NCBI GenBank assembly: GCA_963840745.1
Contig: CAWJAC010000004.1
Location: 4,027-68,026, forward strand
Reading direction: 5' to 3'
Length of the DNA: 64,000 nucleotides
Source of the DNA: Candidatus Zambryskiibacteriota bacterium
GTDB taxonomy: Bacteria > Patescibacteriota > Minisyncoccia > Phycocordibacterales > WO2-35-19
The translations under genes were made by a program, and so were the position numbers. The number at the start of each line of letters is the position of its first letter. Position 1 is the stretch's first letter. Positions 1 through 9,139 of this stretch are shown piece after piece. The notes below the pieces were generated by a model, which worked only from the letters and a program-made list of their open reading frames with translations, searched no databases and was not told where the DNA came from.

Positions 1-100
1 GGCTTATAAGCGAAAACATCATGCATGAAAAAACGGAAATAATTATAATCAGAATTACAAGAGTATCTCCTATTTGTTTTTTGTTTCTGTTTACTTTCAT
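1..100 (-). CDS. hypothetical membrane protein, 5' part only (gene runs off the window start)
   Basis: Minus-strand ATG at 100..98 overlaps the stop of the upstream gene (TAATG). It opens MKVNRNKKQIGDTLVILIIIISVF..., a basic N-terminus followed by a hydrophobic helix. Same strand and operon as the two pseudopilin genes. Confidence 0.4.
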   Translation of the reverse strand, partial: MKVNRNKKQIGDTLVILIIIISVFSCMMFSLIS

Positions 101-729
101 TAATTTCCTAAGTTAATTTTCAGATTTCTCATTGCCGCGCCTCCGGAAACAAGAAAAGTCGTAGTGGCGTTGCGGATTTCTTGTTTAGTTATGACAAGAT
201 TGATTTGGACAAACTTAACATCGTTGACATTTACCGGTTGAGACAGTGGTGTGGATGTGCCTGCGTAACTTCCATCAAAGTAAGAAAATGTGGTTGTAGT
301 TGCCAAGCCCGTCAACACCGAAGAGGTTGCTTCGGTCGAGCCGTAAGTAAGCGGATTACCCGTGGGTACAATGACTCCTTTGTATAATGTCGAGTTTGTA
401 ATGTAATAACGGATTCTGTTGATATTATTGCTGCTAGCACCATAAGTTGAAAAGAAGATTATTTGTGAACTGCTCGCTTGGTTTAAAGGAAATGATCCGT
501 CGTTGCCATATGCGGCGTTGCGGATTTCATTGGTAAAATTAAATGAAGCTAGGCGTGCAGCATCAATACTGTTCAATGTTAAGTTTTGCTGGTTAAATGT
601 ATAGAAAACATCTTTTAGCATTAGAGTTACGCCGATCATCAGCATTGTAAAAATAGAAACGGCAACCAAGGCTTCAACTAAAGTGAACCCGAACAATCTG
701 TTATTTTTTTTGATATTTTCTATGGACAT
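100..729 (-). CDS. type IV pilin-like / pseudopilin protein (prepilin N-terminal cleavage-methylation motif)
   Basis: 209-aa ORF. N-terminus MSIENIKKNNRLFG|FTLVEALVAVSIF matches the G-F-T-L-x-E prepilin signature followed by a hydrophobic helix. Confidence 0.8.
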   Translation of the reverse strand: MSIENIKKNNRLFGFTLVEALVAVSIFTMLMIGVTLMLKDVFYTFNQQNLTLNSIDAARLASFNFTNEIRNAAYGNDGSFPLNQASSSQIIFFSTYGASSNNINRIRYYITNSTLYKGVIVPTGNPLTYGSTEATSSVLTGLATTTTFSYFDGSYAGTSTPLSQPVNVNDVKFVQINLVITKQEIRNATTTFLVSGGAAMRNLKINLGN

Positions 730-731
730 TT

Positions 732-2540
732 TTAATGGCTTAGTAATACCTGTAAAACATTATTTCCGCTTATATTTATATTGTTAATAGTTTGGGTGCT
801 GTAACCGGTTATACCGGCAATTAACTGATAATTAGATCCGGCTGATAGACCCGGGAACATTACTTGTCCTGGTGTGGAACATCCGGAAACATAATTTATG
901 CTTACACTGGTTAGCACCGGAGTTTTGGAAGTATCGGTTGTATTTAAGAATGCTTTGTAACGAACATAGCGGCTGTTATTATTTACTGAATTTATCATTG
1001 TTCCGGATACGGTATAGTAAGTGGCGCTTGTGCCATCGGGGCCGACAAAGTTCCATGTCAAATTGTCATTATTAGTTGCGATTTGGAATTTAATACTGGT
1101 CGCCGGATCTTGCGAAGTTGGTTGCCAGCTTATGGTGCTGTAAGTACTTGAAGCTGTCCCAGTATCGAAAGTTGAAGATGTAAGCGTGCCGCTCAAACTA
1201 TACAAAGTCCCGTTATAATATAAGCGCAGTCCGTAAGGAATAACTCCGGTGCTTATACTTCCGCTGTCGTTCGAATACATTGTTGGATCACCGATATAAA
1301 TTTGTCCGCTACCCCCTGTCCAACTATTTTGTGTCCATGTGCTACCACCAGTTATCCCGCTCCCATCGCTTGATGGACTCGTGCTTTTTAATTCGACATT
1401 TACACCTTCAATGGCATTTTGTGTTGAAGAATCTTTTACAATAACCAGCAGGCTGTTTGTTGTTTTTGGCCCGAGAATTAAAGCGAATTGCTGGCTTGTA
1501 TTTGGCGACAAATTAACTTGTTGTATCGGTGAAGACCCGTAAATCATGTTGGTAGCGGCCGTAAGAATCGGTGTGTAATTATCCCACTCAAGATTGTTTA
1601 AAGTAATCAGGCCGTTTGAATCCGAAATGTAATTGTTGTCAAATTTTAAAACATTCGGCGTCCCGATAAGTTTTGAACCGCGCACTTCGAGACCGATATT
1701 TCCCATAGCTCCGCAAGTTTGATTCAAAGTGTTAAAAACCAGGGTACTTAATTGGTCTATGGCAAAACTCACTCTAGTAACCTGTCCGTTCGAAATTGTT
1801 GAGTCGGCTTTTATAGGATTCGGATTTTGCCCGCTTATTGGATATGTTTGGTCGGTTGAATAGCCGCCTTTGGTTACTACGATGTGATAACTGTTTGCAC
1901 TGTCTGGTAATCCGACTTCGATCCAATTCCCGCTTGAGTCTGCAGTTCGTGTCAAATTGATTCTGGGAGTCAAGGCGTTGTTAGTTATAGTAATTGTGGC
2001 ATTAGGTACCGGTTGACCGACCGAATTAATAACCTGTATGGACAAGGCTCCGCCACTACTTAAACCCTCAAGACCTTTTGGTGCAATGGTAGTCAGAAAA
2101 TTCGATACGAGGCCAGTGGTTACATTTTGAATATAGAGTTTGATCTGTTTATAATCATTCGGAGCGGGATCTGTTCCGGCCAGGGCGGTTCCATCGGCAG
2201 GATCGTCCACATAACTCACCGCGTAATATATTTTATAACTGGTGTTATCGATAGTCGCTATTGTCGCATTAGGAAGATCCGACAGAATGCCATGAGGGTT
2301 GCCATTTATTGTTCCTATTTGAGAGTAGGGAATATTGCGGGCAATTTCCAAGTATTGGTCGGCCAATCGAGAAATCGTCATATCCTGTCTGTAAAAAAGA
2401 GCTCCGCGAGTAATGCTCGAAGCAATGCCGTATACAGCCATTGCAAGAATTGCAAAGATAGCGGCACTTACCACGCATTCAACCAAAGTAAACCCCGCCT
2501 TAGATTTCTTAAAATCTTTTTTTATAGGAACTAAAATCAT
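732..2540 (-). CDS. large pseudopilin-like protein (prepilin N-terminus + long beta-rich extracellular region)
   Basis: 602-aa ORF. N-terminus ...KKSKAG|FTLVECVVSAAIFAIL is a prepilin motif. The remainder is Thr/Ser/Asn/Gly-rich, with segments resembling carboxypeptidase-regulatory-like beta-sandwich repeats (IQVINSVGQPVPNATITITN, VIVKDSSTQNAIEGVNVELK). Confidence 0.8.
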   Translation of the reverse strand: MILVPIKKDFKKSKAGFTLVECVVSAAIFAILAMAVYGIASSITRGALFYRQDMTISRLADQYLEIARNIPYSQIGTINGNPHGILSDLPNATIATIDNTSYKIYYAVSYVDDPADGTALAGTDPAPNDYKQIKLYIQNVTTGLVSNFLTTIAPKGLEGLSSGGALSIQVINSVGQPVPNATITITNNALTPRINLTRTADSSGNWIEVGLPDSANSYHIVVTKGGYSTDQTYPISGQNPNPIKADSTISNGQVTRVSFAIDQLSTLVFNTLNQTCGAMGNIGLEVRGSKLIGTPNVLKFDNNYISDSNGLITLNNLEWDNYTPILTAATNMIYGSSPIQQVNLSPNTSQQFALILGPKTTNSLLVIVKDSSTQNAIEGVNVELKSTSPSSDGSGITGGSTWTQNSWTGGSGQIYIGDPTMYSNDSGSISTGVIPYGLRLYYNGTLYSLSGTLTSSTFDTGTASSTYSTISWQPTSQDPATSIKFQIATNNDNLTWNFVGPDGTSATYYTVSGTMINSVNNNSRYVRYKAFLNTTDTSKTPVLTSVSINYVSGCSTPGQVMFPGLSAGSNYQLIAGITGYSTQTINNINISGNNVLQVLLSH

Positions 2541-2581
2541 TATTTTAATTTTAACACATACAGATTTTTGAGTGCTATAAT

Positions 2582-3358
2582 ATGAGAATGAAAAAAAGAA
2601 ATTTAGTGGTGGCTAATTGGAAGATGAGGCCGGAAACTCTGATTGATGCTAAAAAAGCCTTTAATAACAGCAGATTAGCAGCCAAAGGACTTAGGAATAC
2701 GGATGTATGCATATGCCCGCCTTTTCCTTTTATTTTCCCACTTTCAAAATTAAATTATCCCAAGAATTTATTTTTAGGAGTGCAGAATATTTTTAGCGAG
2801 ATCAAAGGCGCTTTTACTGGAGAGGTCAACGCGGAAATGGTAAAAGGTTTGGGGGCCAAATTTTGCATAATCGGCCATTCGGAGAGAAGAACAATGGGGG
2901 AGAGTAATGAAGTGGTAAGAAAAAAAATGCAGATTGCTTTTGATACCGATCTTACGCCCATTCTTTGTGTTGGAGAAAGAGAAAGAGACAAAGAAGGAAA
3001 CCATCTGGAATTTATAAAAAATCAATTAAAGGAATGTCTTTCTAATTTGCAAAAAAAACATTTGGTCGGCATCATGATCGCTTACGAACCTGTTTGGGCC
3101 ATAGGCAAATCCTATAAAGAAGCTATGAGTCCGACCGATATCCACGAAACGACTTTATTTATAAAAAAAGTTATAACAGAACTGTTTGGACGTGATATTG
3201 CTGGTGGCGCCAAAATCCTTTACGGCGGCTCAGTAGAAGCCGAAAACGCTAGGGAAATTTGTGAGTATGGAGACATAGACGGCTTCCTGGTCGGCCATGC
3301 TTCTCTCATTTCCGAACAATTCTCTGCAATCTTAAAAGCGGCGGATTTGAAGAGATAA
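2582..3358 (+). CDS. tpiA: triosephosphate isomerase
   Basis: Motifs VVANWKM, IGHSERR, AYEPVWAIG. TGcTATAAT at 2573-2581 suggests the second ATG (2588, MKKRNLVV...) may be a leaderless start. Confidence 0.95.
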   Translation: MRMKKRNLVVANWKMRPETLIDAKKAFNNSRLAAKGLRNTDVCICPPFPFIFPLSKLNYPKNLFLGVQNIFSEIKGAFTGEVNAEMVKGLGAKFCIIGHSERRTMGESNEVVRKKMQIAFDTDLTPILCVGERERDKEGNHLEFIKNQLKECLSNLQKKHLVGIMIAYEPVWAIGKSYKEAMSPTDIHETTLFIKKVITELFGRDIAGGAKILYGGSVEAENAREICEYGDIDGFLVGHASLISEQFSAILKAADLKR

Positions 3359-3362
3359 AAAT

Positions 3363-4391
3363 ATGATCAAATCAATTGAAAAGGCAGAAATAATAGAAGG
3401 AACGATGGTTCTTATGAGAACAGATTGGAACGTGCCTATAGCGGAAGGAAAAATTTTAGATGCCTCAAGGATTGAAGCGAGCTTAAAAAGCATAAATTTT
3501 GCTTTAGATAAAGGAGCCAAAGTAATAGTGATGAGCCATCTCGGCGATGGGGCGGACTCACTTGAAAATGTCGCCAAAGAAGCTCAAAATTTTTTCCCAA
3601 ATACGCAAGTAAAGTTTATGAGAGATCCCTGGAATGCTTCATCTCCAGATGGCAAGAAAGTTTTGGAAAATTTAAAATGCGGAGAGGTGGCGGTTTTGGA
3701 AAACCTGAGATTCTGGATGGAAAAAGAAAACGATGAGGATTTTGCCAAAAAACTGGCTGATTTTGGCGACATTTATGTAAACGAAGCATTCCCTTGTTCT
3801 CATAGAGTTCATGCATCAATTGTTCTCTTGCCTAAACTTTTGCCTCACTATGCAGGTTTCAGATTTATGGAAGAATATAAAAATTTATCGGAAATTTTTA
3901 ATCCGGAACACTCGTTTCTCTTGATTTTGGGTGGCGCCAAATTTGAAACCAAGCTACCTTTGGTTGAAAAGTTTTTAAATATTGCAGATTATATTTTTAT
4001 AGGAGGAGCAAATAGCTTGCCTGCTTCGGGCCAGTTTTTCGCTAATAACCCCAAAATAATTTTTCCTGTTGGCGATTATGCAGCACTGGATGCCAACACC
4101 GAAACTTTGACAATTTTGAGTGAAAAAATAAAAGAATCCAAATTTATTTTGTGGAATGGGCCCTTGGGCAATTATGAAAAAGGTTTTTTGGCGGGTACGG
4201 TGGCTCTAGCCAGATTTCTGGCCGAATCAAAAGCCAAAGTTATAGTCGGTGGGGGAGACACTCTGGCTATTTTGAAGCCGGAAATAAAAAAAGAGATTTC
4301 CTCTCATGGCTTCATCTCAACCGCCGGCGGCGCTATGCTTGAATTCCTGGCCAACGGCACTTTACCTGGTATAGAAGCGTTACAGAGCTGA
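3363..4391 (+). CDS. pgk: phosphoglycerate kinase (short, 342 aa)
   Basis: RTDWNVP, SHLG, ENLRF and GGGDT motifs typical of PGK. Immediately follows tpiA. Confidence 0.9.
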   Translation: MIKSIEKAEIIEGTMVLMRTDWNVPIAEGKILDASRIEASLKSINFALDKGAKVIVMSHLGDGADSLENVAKEAQNFFPNTQVKFMRDPWNASSPDGKKVLENLKCGEVAVLENLRFWMEKENDEDFAKKLADFGDIYVNEAFPCSHRVHASIVLLPKLLPHYAGFRFMEEYKNLSEIFNPEHSFLLILGGAKFETKLPLVEKFLNIADYIFIGGANSLPASGQFFANNPKIIFPVGDYAALDANTETLTILSEKIKESKFILWNGPLGNYEKGFLAGTVALARFLAESKAKVIVGGGDTLAILKPEIKKEISSHGFISTAGGAMLEFLANGTLPGIEALQS

Positions 4392-4392
4392 T

Positions 4393-4466
4393 AAAAAACA
4401 AAAACATACTGTTCCTGCGTTAGGTCATAAGGATAAGGCTCTTGGAACAGTAGTTTTTGTTTTTTT
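4393..4466. repeat. long A/T-flanked hairpin (bidirectional-terminator-like) with conserved 41-nt core, copy 1 of 2
   Basis: aaaaaacaaaaacatactgttcc-[27-nt loop]-ggaacagtagtttttgttttttt. Core 4409-4449 (ctgttcctgcgttaggtcataaggataaggctcttggaaca) is identical to 35260-35300. It fills the gap between convergent pgk and HIT genes. Confidence 0.7.
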
Positions 4467-4821
4467 ATTTCAGTTTTTCCATTATCTTTTTTGCATTTCC
4501 TTCAAAATCTTTGAGATCGCCCTTGACGGCTGGGAAAACCCATATATGAGCATGTTCAACATCTTCGCCGACAACTTTTGAGAGTACCCACTCGGTGTTA
4601 AAAGCTTTTTGTTGTGCCAAAGCTACCTTTTTGACAACTTCAAAATAATCTCCGACATTTGGCACTTGCCAAACCCAGCGGTAGTGTTTTTTGGGAATAA
4701 CCTGAACGTGGCCGGGGGACTGAGGATTAATATCAAGGAAAGCCACGAAATTATCATTCTCATAAACAATGTGAGCCGGAATTTCTTTGTTTGCTATTTT
4801 GCAAAAGATACAGTTTTTCAT
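4465..4821 (-). CDS. HIT (histidine triad) family protein
   Basis: N-terminal CIFCKI..., [14 protein letters not shown] and C-terminal EHAHIWVFP histidine-triad-like motif. Confidence 0.85.
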   Translation of the reverse strand: MKNCIFCKIANKEIPAHIVYENDNFVAFLDINPQSPGHVQVIPKKHYRWVWQVPNVGDYFEVVKKVALAQQKAFNTEWVLSKVVGEDVEHAHIWVFPAVKGDLKDFEGNAKKIMEKLK

Positions 4822-4844
4822 GCTTTATATGATATCATCTTTTT

Positions 4845-6539
4845 ATGCCTAAAAAATACAGTGTCAAGCCCAAAGTTTCTGACAATTTGGTGGAACAGCT
4901 TTTGTATAATAGAGGTATAAAAACAAAAAAAGAAATAGATGATTTTTTAAATCCTGATTTTGTAAAACATCTGCACGACCCGTTTCTCTTACCTGATATG
5001 AAAAAGGCGGTTGACCGAATTTTGAAAGCTATTGAAAATAACGAACGTGTTGGTATCTGGAGCGACTATGACGCCGACGGTATTCCGGGCGGGGCGTTGC
5101 TGCATGATTTTTTTAAGCTTATTGGTTTTAACAATTTTATAAATTATATTCCGGATAGACATCTTGAAGGTTATGGTCTTAACGGCGATGGAATAGAAGA
5201 ATTGGCTAAGGATAAAGTAAAACTTTTAATAACAGTTGATTGCGGTATAAGGGACCACAAAGAAATTTTACACGCCAAAAAATTAGCCATAGAAGTAATC
5301 GTTACCGATCACCATGAACCAGGAGATAAATTACCCAAAGCTTTTGCCATAGTTAATCCAAAAAGAGAAAATTCTAAATATCCCGAAAAAATACTTTGCG
5401 GTTGCGGTGTGGTTTGGAAACTTATTGAAGCTATTTTAAAAACCAAAAGAGATTTATTAAAAGAGGGTCAAGAAAAATGGTTACTTGATTTAGTCGGACT
5501 GGCCACTCTTTCTGATATGGTGCCTTTAGTTGGTGAAAATAGAGTCTTGGCCTTTTATGGATTGAAAGTTTTGCGCAAAAACAAGCGGCCCGGACTTTCA
5601 AAACTTTTTTATAGTTTGAGAATAAATAAAAATAATATTTCTGAAGATGACATTGCTTTTATGATTACTCCCCGCATCAACGCCGCTTCGCGCATGGGTC
5701 ACCCGCGTGATGCTTTCAAACTTTTAACTGCGATGAATGAAGCGGAAGCTGATGCTTATGTAAAACATTTGGATAATATAAATAATGAAAGGAAAGGCGC
5801 GGTTGCAAGCATAGTCAAAGAAGCCAAGAAAAAAGTAAAAGAAAAATTTGAAAATGGGGGAGAGAAACCGATTATCGTTTTGGGCAATCCTGACTGGCGG
5901 CCGGCGTTTTTGGGTCTGGCTGCCGGCTCGCTGGCCGAAGAATATAATCGGCCGGTATTTCTCTGGGGCCGCGCTTCCGATCCTAATCTGGGCGAAGCGG
6001 AAGGTTTGCTCAAAGGTTCTTGCCGATCTGATGGGACGACTGATCTAGTGGCTTTGATGGAGAAGACAGCAGATTATTTCGCTGAATTTGGCGGCCACAA
6101 ATTATCCGGCGGATTTTCTGTTTTGTTTGAAAAAATTCATACTCTCGAAGATGCTTTGGTTGAAGCTTCCACTCATATCGTAAACAATGATTTGGAGACT
6201 TTGGTTGATGCGGAAATAGACCTGAAAGACATTTGTGAAAATTCTGTCAAAGAAATTTTGAGTCTGGCGCCGTTTGGTGTCGGCAATGAAAAGCCCTTGT
6301 TTATTTTCCGCAACGTTTTACCTGAAAAAATAAATAGATTTGGCAAAGCCAAAGAGCATCTCTCAATAGATTTGCGGGACGGCTCAAAAACAATCAGAGC
6401 TATTTTATTTTTTGCTTCTCTCGATCAATTTGGCGACACTCTTAAAGAAGGCATCAAAACAAATTTGGTTGCCAACATTGAAAAATCTTTTTATAACGGC
6501 TCCTCTGAAATTCGTTTGCGCATCGTGGATTTCTTTTAA
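4845..6539 (+). CDS. recJ: single-stranded-DNA-specific exonuclease RecJ
   Basis: DHH-family motifs DYDADGI and VTDHH. Length 564 aa with a DHHA1-like C-terminal region. Confidence 0.9.
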   Translation: MPKKYSVKPKVSDNLVEQLLYNRGIKTKKEIDDFLNPDFVKHLHDPFLLPDMKKAVDRILKAIENNERVGIWSDYDADGIPGGALLHDFFKLIGFNNFINYIPDRHLEGYGLNGDGIEELAKDKVKLLITVDCGIRDHKEILHAKKLAIEVIVTDHHEPGDKLPKAFAIVNPKRENSKYPEKILCGCGVVWKLIEAILKTKRDLLKEGQEKWLLDLVGLATLSDMVPLVGENRVLAFYGLKVLRKNKRPGLSKLFYSLRINKNNISEDDIAFMITPRINAASRMGHPRDAFKLLTAMNEAEADAYVKHLDNINNERKGAVASIVKEAKKKVKEKFENGGEKPIIVLGNPDWRPAFLGLAAGSLAEEYNRPVFLWGRASDPNLGEAEGLLKGSCRSDGTTDLVALMEKTADYFAEFGGHKLSGGFSVLFEKIHTLEDALVEASTHIVNNDLETLVDAEIDLKDICENSVKEILSLAPFGVGNEKPLFIFRNVLPEKINRFGKAKEHLSIDLRDGSKTIRAILFFASLDQFGDTLKEGIKTNLVANIEKSFYNGSSEIRLRIVDFF

Positions 6540-6560
6540 TTTTACGTATAATATAGTTTC

Positions 6561-7049
6561 ATGAATAAAATAATTATTTATACAGACGGATCATCAAAAG
6601 GAAATCCGGGATCCGGTGGTTTTGGAGCAATTATTGTTGATGGAGAAAATGTAAGAGAAATCGGGGGAAGGGAAGAGAAGACGACAAACAACAAAATGGA
6701 AATGATGGCAGCTATCGAAGCTTTAAAATATATGTCTAAAAATTTCGCAGATACTGAGAGCATCGAAGTACACACCGACTCAGAATATTTGATGAAAGGG
6801 ATTACAATTTGGATTAAAAATTGGCAGAAAAATAATTGGCGTACTAAAAATAAAAAAGAAGTTTTGAATAAAGATTTGTGGGAAAAACTTTTGGAAGAAA
6901 CTTCAAAAAGAAAAATCGAATGGAAAAAAGTTTTAGGACACTCAGGTCACGAGTTTAATGAAAGATGTGATGAAATCGCGACAAGTTTTGCGGATGATAA
7001 AAAAGTTGATTTGTATGAAGGGCCAAAAGAGGGTTACATCGTTTCATAA
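6561..7049 (+). CDS. rnhA: ribonuclease HI
   Basis: IYTDGSSKGNPG, TNNKMEMMAAIEAL, TDSEY and a C-terminal NERCDEIA motif (the D-E-D-D catalytic pattern of RNase H). Confidence 0.9.
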   Translation: MNKIIIYTDGSSKGNPGSGGFGAIIVDGENVREIGGREEKTTNNKMEMMAAIEALKYMSKNFADTESIEVHTDSEYLMKGITIWIKNWQKNNWRTKNKKEVLNKDLWEKLLEETSKRKIEWKKVLGHSGHEFNERCDEIATSFADDKKVDLYEGPKEGYIVS

Positions 7050-8537
7050 ATGATATATCAATTTGTCGTTTCATTTTCTATAGGAATTGTTTTTGAAAAA
7101 TTTTTTCATTTGGGGTGGAGCGTCGGAGTTCTGTTGTTCCTAGTTTCTTTAATTTTATTTTTTTATTTTAAAAGAGAGGGAGTATCTCTTGGAAAAAATA
7201 TTTTGATAATCGGTTTAGCTTTTGCTTTGGGAATTTTGAGAATGAGTTTCGTCGACACCTCCCCAGATCAAAATCTTTTAAAACTTGTTGGCCAAAAAGT
7301 TTCTTTTGAAGCCACTATTTCGCAAGAGCCTGATGTGAGAGATACTTCTACTCATTACATAGTAGGACCTGCTGATTCAAAAAGTCTCATACTTCTTGTT
7401 GCCGACCGATATCCTGAACTCCAATATGGCACTAGAATAAAAGTTTCTGGGAAACTGCTATTGCCGGAAAATTTTACCAATGATAATGGCACCGAGTTTG
7501 ATTACATTTCATATTTATCAAAAGATAAAATTCATTTTGTAATTTATTATCCAAGCATAGAAAAAATGGGAAGCAACCCTAGGGCAAACTCGGGGCAAGC
7601 AATTATTTCTTCTTTATATTATCTAAAAAAATATTTTGTAGAAAAGATCGGGAATGTGGTGCCGGAGCCCAACTCCTCGTTTCTTGCCGGTTTGATTTTT
7701 GGCGCCAAGCAATCTCTTGGCCAGACCTTATTGGATGATTTCCAAAAAGTGGGCCTCATTCATATTGTGGTGCTTTCCGGAGAAAATCTGACCATTGTGG
7801 CGGCCGGTGTTTTGTCACTTACTTCTTACTTTGGCAGGAGGAAGTTTGGTTTAATCGCTTCTGCTTTGGGTATCCTTATTTTTTCGGCTATGGTCGGGTT
7901 TACCACTACGGTTTTGCGCGCCGCCATTATGGCCTTGATTGCCATCATGGCAAAGTTTTTGGGCCGGCCAAATGATGCTCTGCGGGCTCTTTTTGTGGCC
8001 GGCTTTTTGATGATTGCCTGGAATCCGCTCGTTATTTTCTATGATCCGTCTTTCCAACTTTCTTTTATGGCCGCTCTGGGGCTTATTATTTGGAGTCCCA
8101 TTATTGATTCTTTGGTAGTCAAAAAATTTAATTTTATTCCCTCAAAATTTGGCCTCCGAGAAATTATTTCCGCCACTTTTGCCGTCCAAATTTTTATCTT
8201 ACCTCTGCTTATAAGAATGTCCGGCACCTTTTCTTTGATTTCTTTTATTGCCAATTTAATTGTCTTACCAATTATTCCAACCGTGATGCTTTTTGGATTC
8301 TTAACCGGCCTTGTCGGTATGATCCCCACTCAAGTCGGTTTGCTTTTATCTTGGCCTTTCGGTTTTGTTTCTTATTTTGTAAGCGAAGTCGTAATCAAAC
8401 TAACCGAAATTTTTGCCGCCATTCCTTTTGTGGCCATAAGCGTGAACATCCTGCCACTCTGGGTGATTTTTATTTGGTATTTGGGTTACGGAATTTTGTT
8501 TTGGAAATTAAGAAACAAAAATTATTGTGCGTTTTGA
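7050..8537 (+). CDS. comEC: ComEC/Rec2 competence channel protein, membrane part (no beta-lactamase domain)
   Basis: 495-aa polytopic membrane ORF. It has an N-terminal OB-like soluble segment and the ComEC core (LAGLIFGAKQSL..., HIVVLSGENL). It stops before the usual C-terminal MBL domain. Confidence 0.85.
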   Translation: MIYQFVVSFSIGIVFEKFFHLGWSVGVLLFLVSLILFFYFKREGVSLGKNILIIGLAFALGILRMSFVDTSPDQNLLKLVGQKVSFEATISQEPDVRDTSTHYIVGPADSKSLILLVADRYPELQYGTRIKVSGKLLLPENFTNDNGTEFDYISYLSKDKIHFVIYYPSIEKMGSNPRANSGQAIISSLYYLKKYFVEKIGNVVPEPNSSFLAGLIFGAKQSLGQTLLDDFQKVGLIHIVVLSGENLTIVAAGVLSLTSYFGRRKFGLIASALGILIFSAMVGFTTTVLRAAIMALIAIMAKFLGRPNDALRALFVAGFLMIAWNPLVIFYDPSFQLSFMAALGLIIWSPIIDSLVVKKFNFIPSKFGLREIISATFAVQIFILPLLIRMSGTFSLISFIANLIVLPIIPTVMLFGFLTGLVGMIPTQVGLLLSWPFGFVSYFVSEVVIKLTEIFAAIPFVAISVNILPLWVIFIWYLGYGILFWKLRNKNYCAF

Positions 8538-9118
8538 AAATTTTGTTCAATAACTTCCCAGTTCAGATTGGCGAAAAAGGCTTCCACATATTTTTTCTTT
8601 TCTGACGTGGGATAATCGTAGACGAAAGCATGTTCCCACATATCAAGGGCGAGGATAGGCGAACATGATGCGAGCTGGCCTAAATGATGCTCGTCTACCC
8701 ACTGGTTTAAAAGTTGTTTGGTGTGCGAATCCCAGTAAACAAACGCCCAGCCGACGCCTCTGGTGAGAGCGATAGTTTTAAATCTGTCGAGCCACTTATC
8801 AAAATCTCCAAATTCTTCTATTATTGTTTTTTTTAATTCACTTCCTTCCCCCAAATCTTTTGGACCAGTTTCAAAACAAGAAAAATAATATTCATGATTT
8901 CTCATGCCGTTAAACTCAAAAGCAAAACGGCGAGTGATTTCAGATACTGAATATTTGCCGCCTTCATCGGGAACCTTATCGTACATCTCTATCATTGATT
9001 GGATAAGGTTGGCGTTTTTCACATAGCCGGCATAGAGCTTTAGATGCTCATCTATATTTCTCTCCGAAATACCTTCTAATTTTGGAATATTAAACTTTTT
9101 CTCTTCAAATTTTTTCAT
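8522..9118 (-). CDS. Fe/Mn superoxide dismutase
   Basis: C-terminal DMWEHAFVYDY and NHEYYF motifs (metal ligands of Fe/Mn SOD). 198 aa. The 3' end overlaps the comEC 3' end by 16 nt (convergent). Confidence 0.9.
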   Translation of the reverse strand: MKKFEEKKFNIPKLEGISERNIDEHLKLYAGYVKNANLIQSMIEMYDKVPDEGGKYSVSEITRRFAFEFNGMRNHEYYFSCFETGPKDLGEGSELKKTIIEEFGDFDKWLDRFKTIALTRGVGWAFVYWDSHTKQLLNQWVDEHHLGQLASCSPILALDMWEHAFVYDYPTSEKKKYVEAFFANLNWEVIEQNFQNAQ

Positions 9119-9139
9119 AACTCTTATATTATTTGATTA

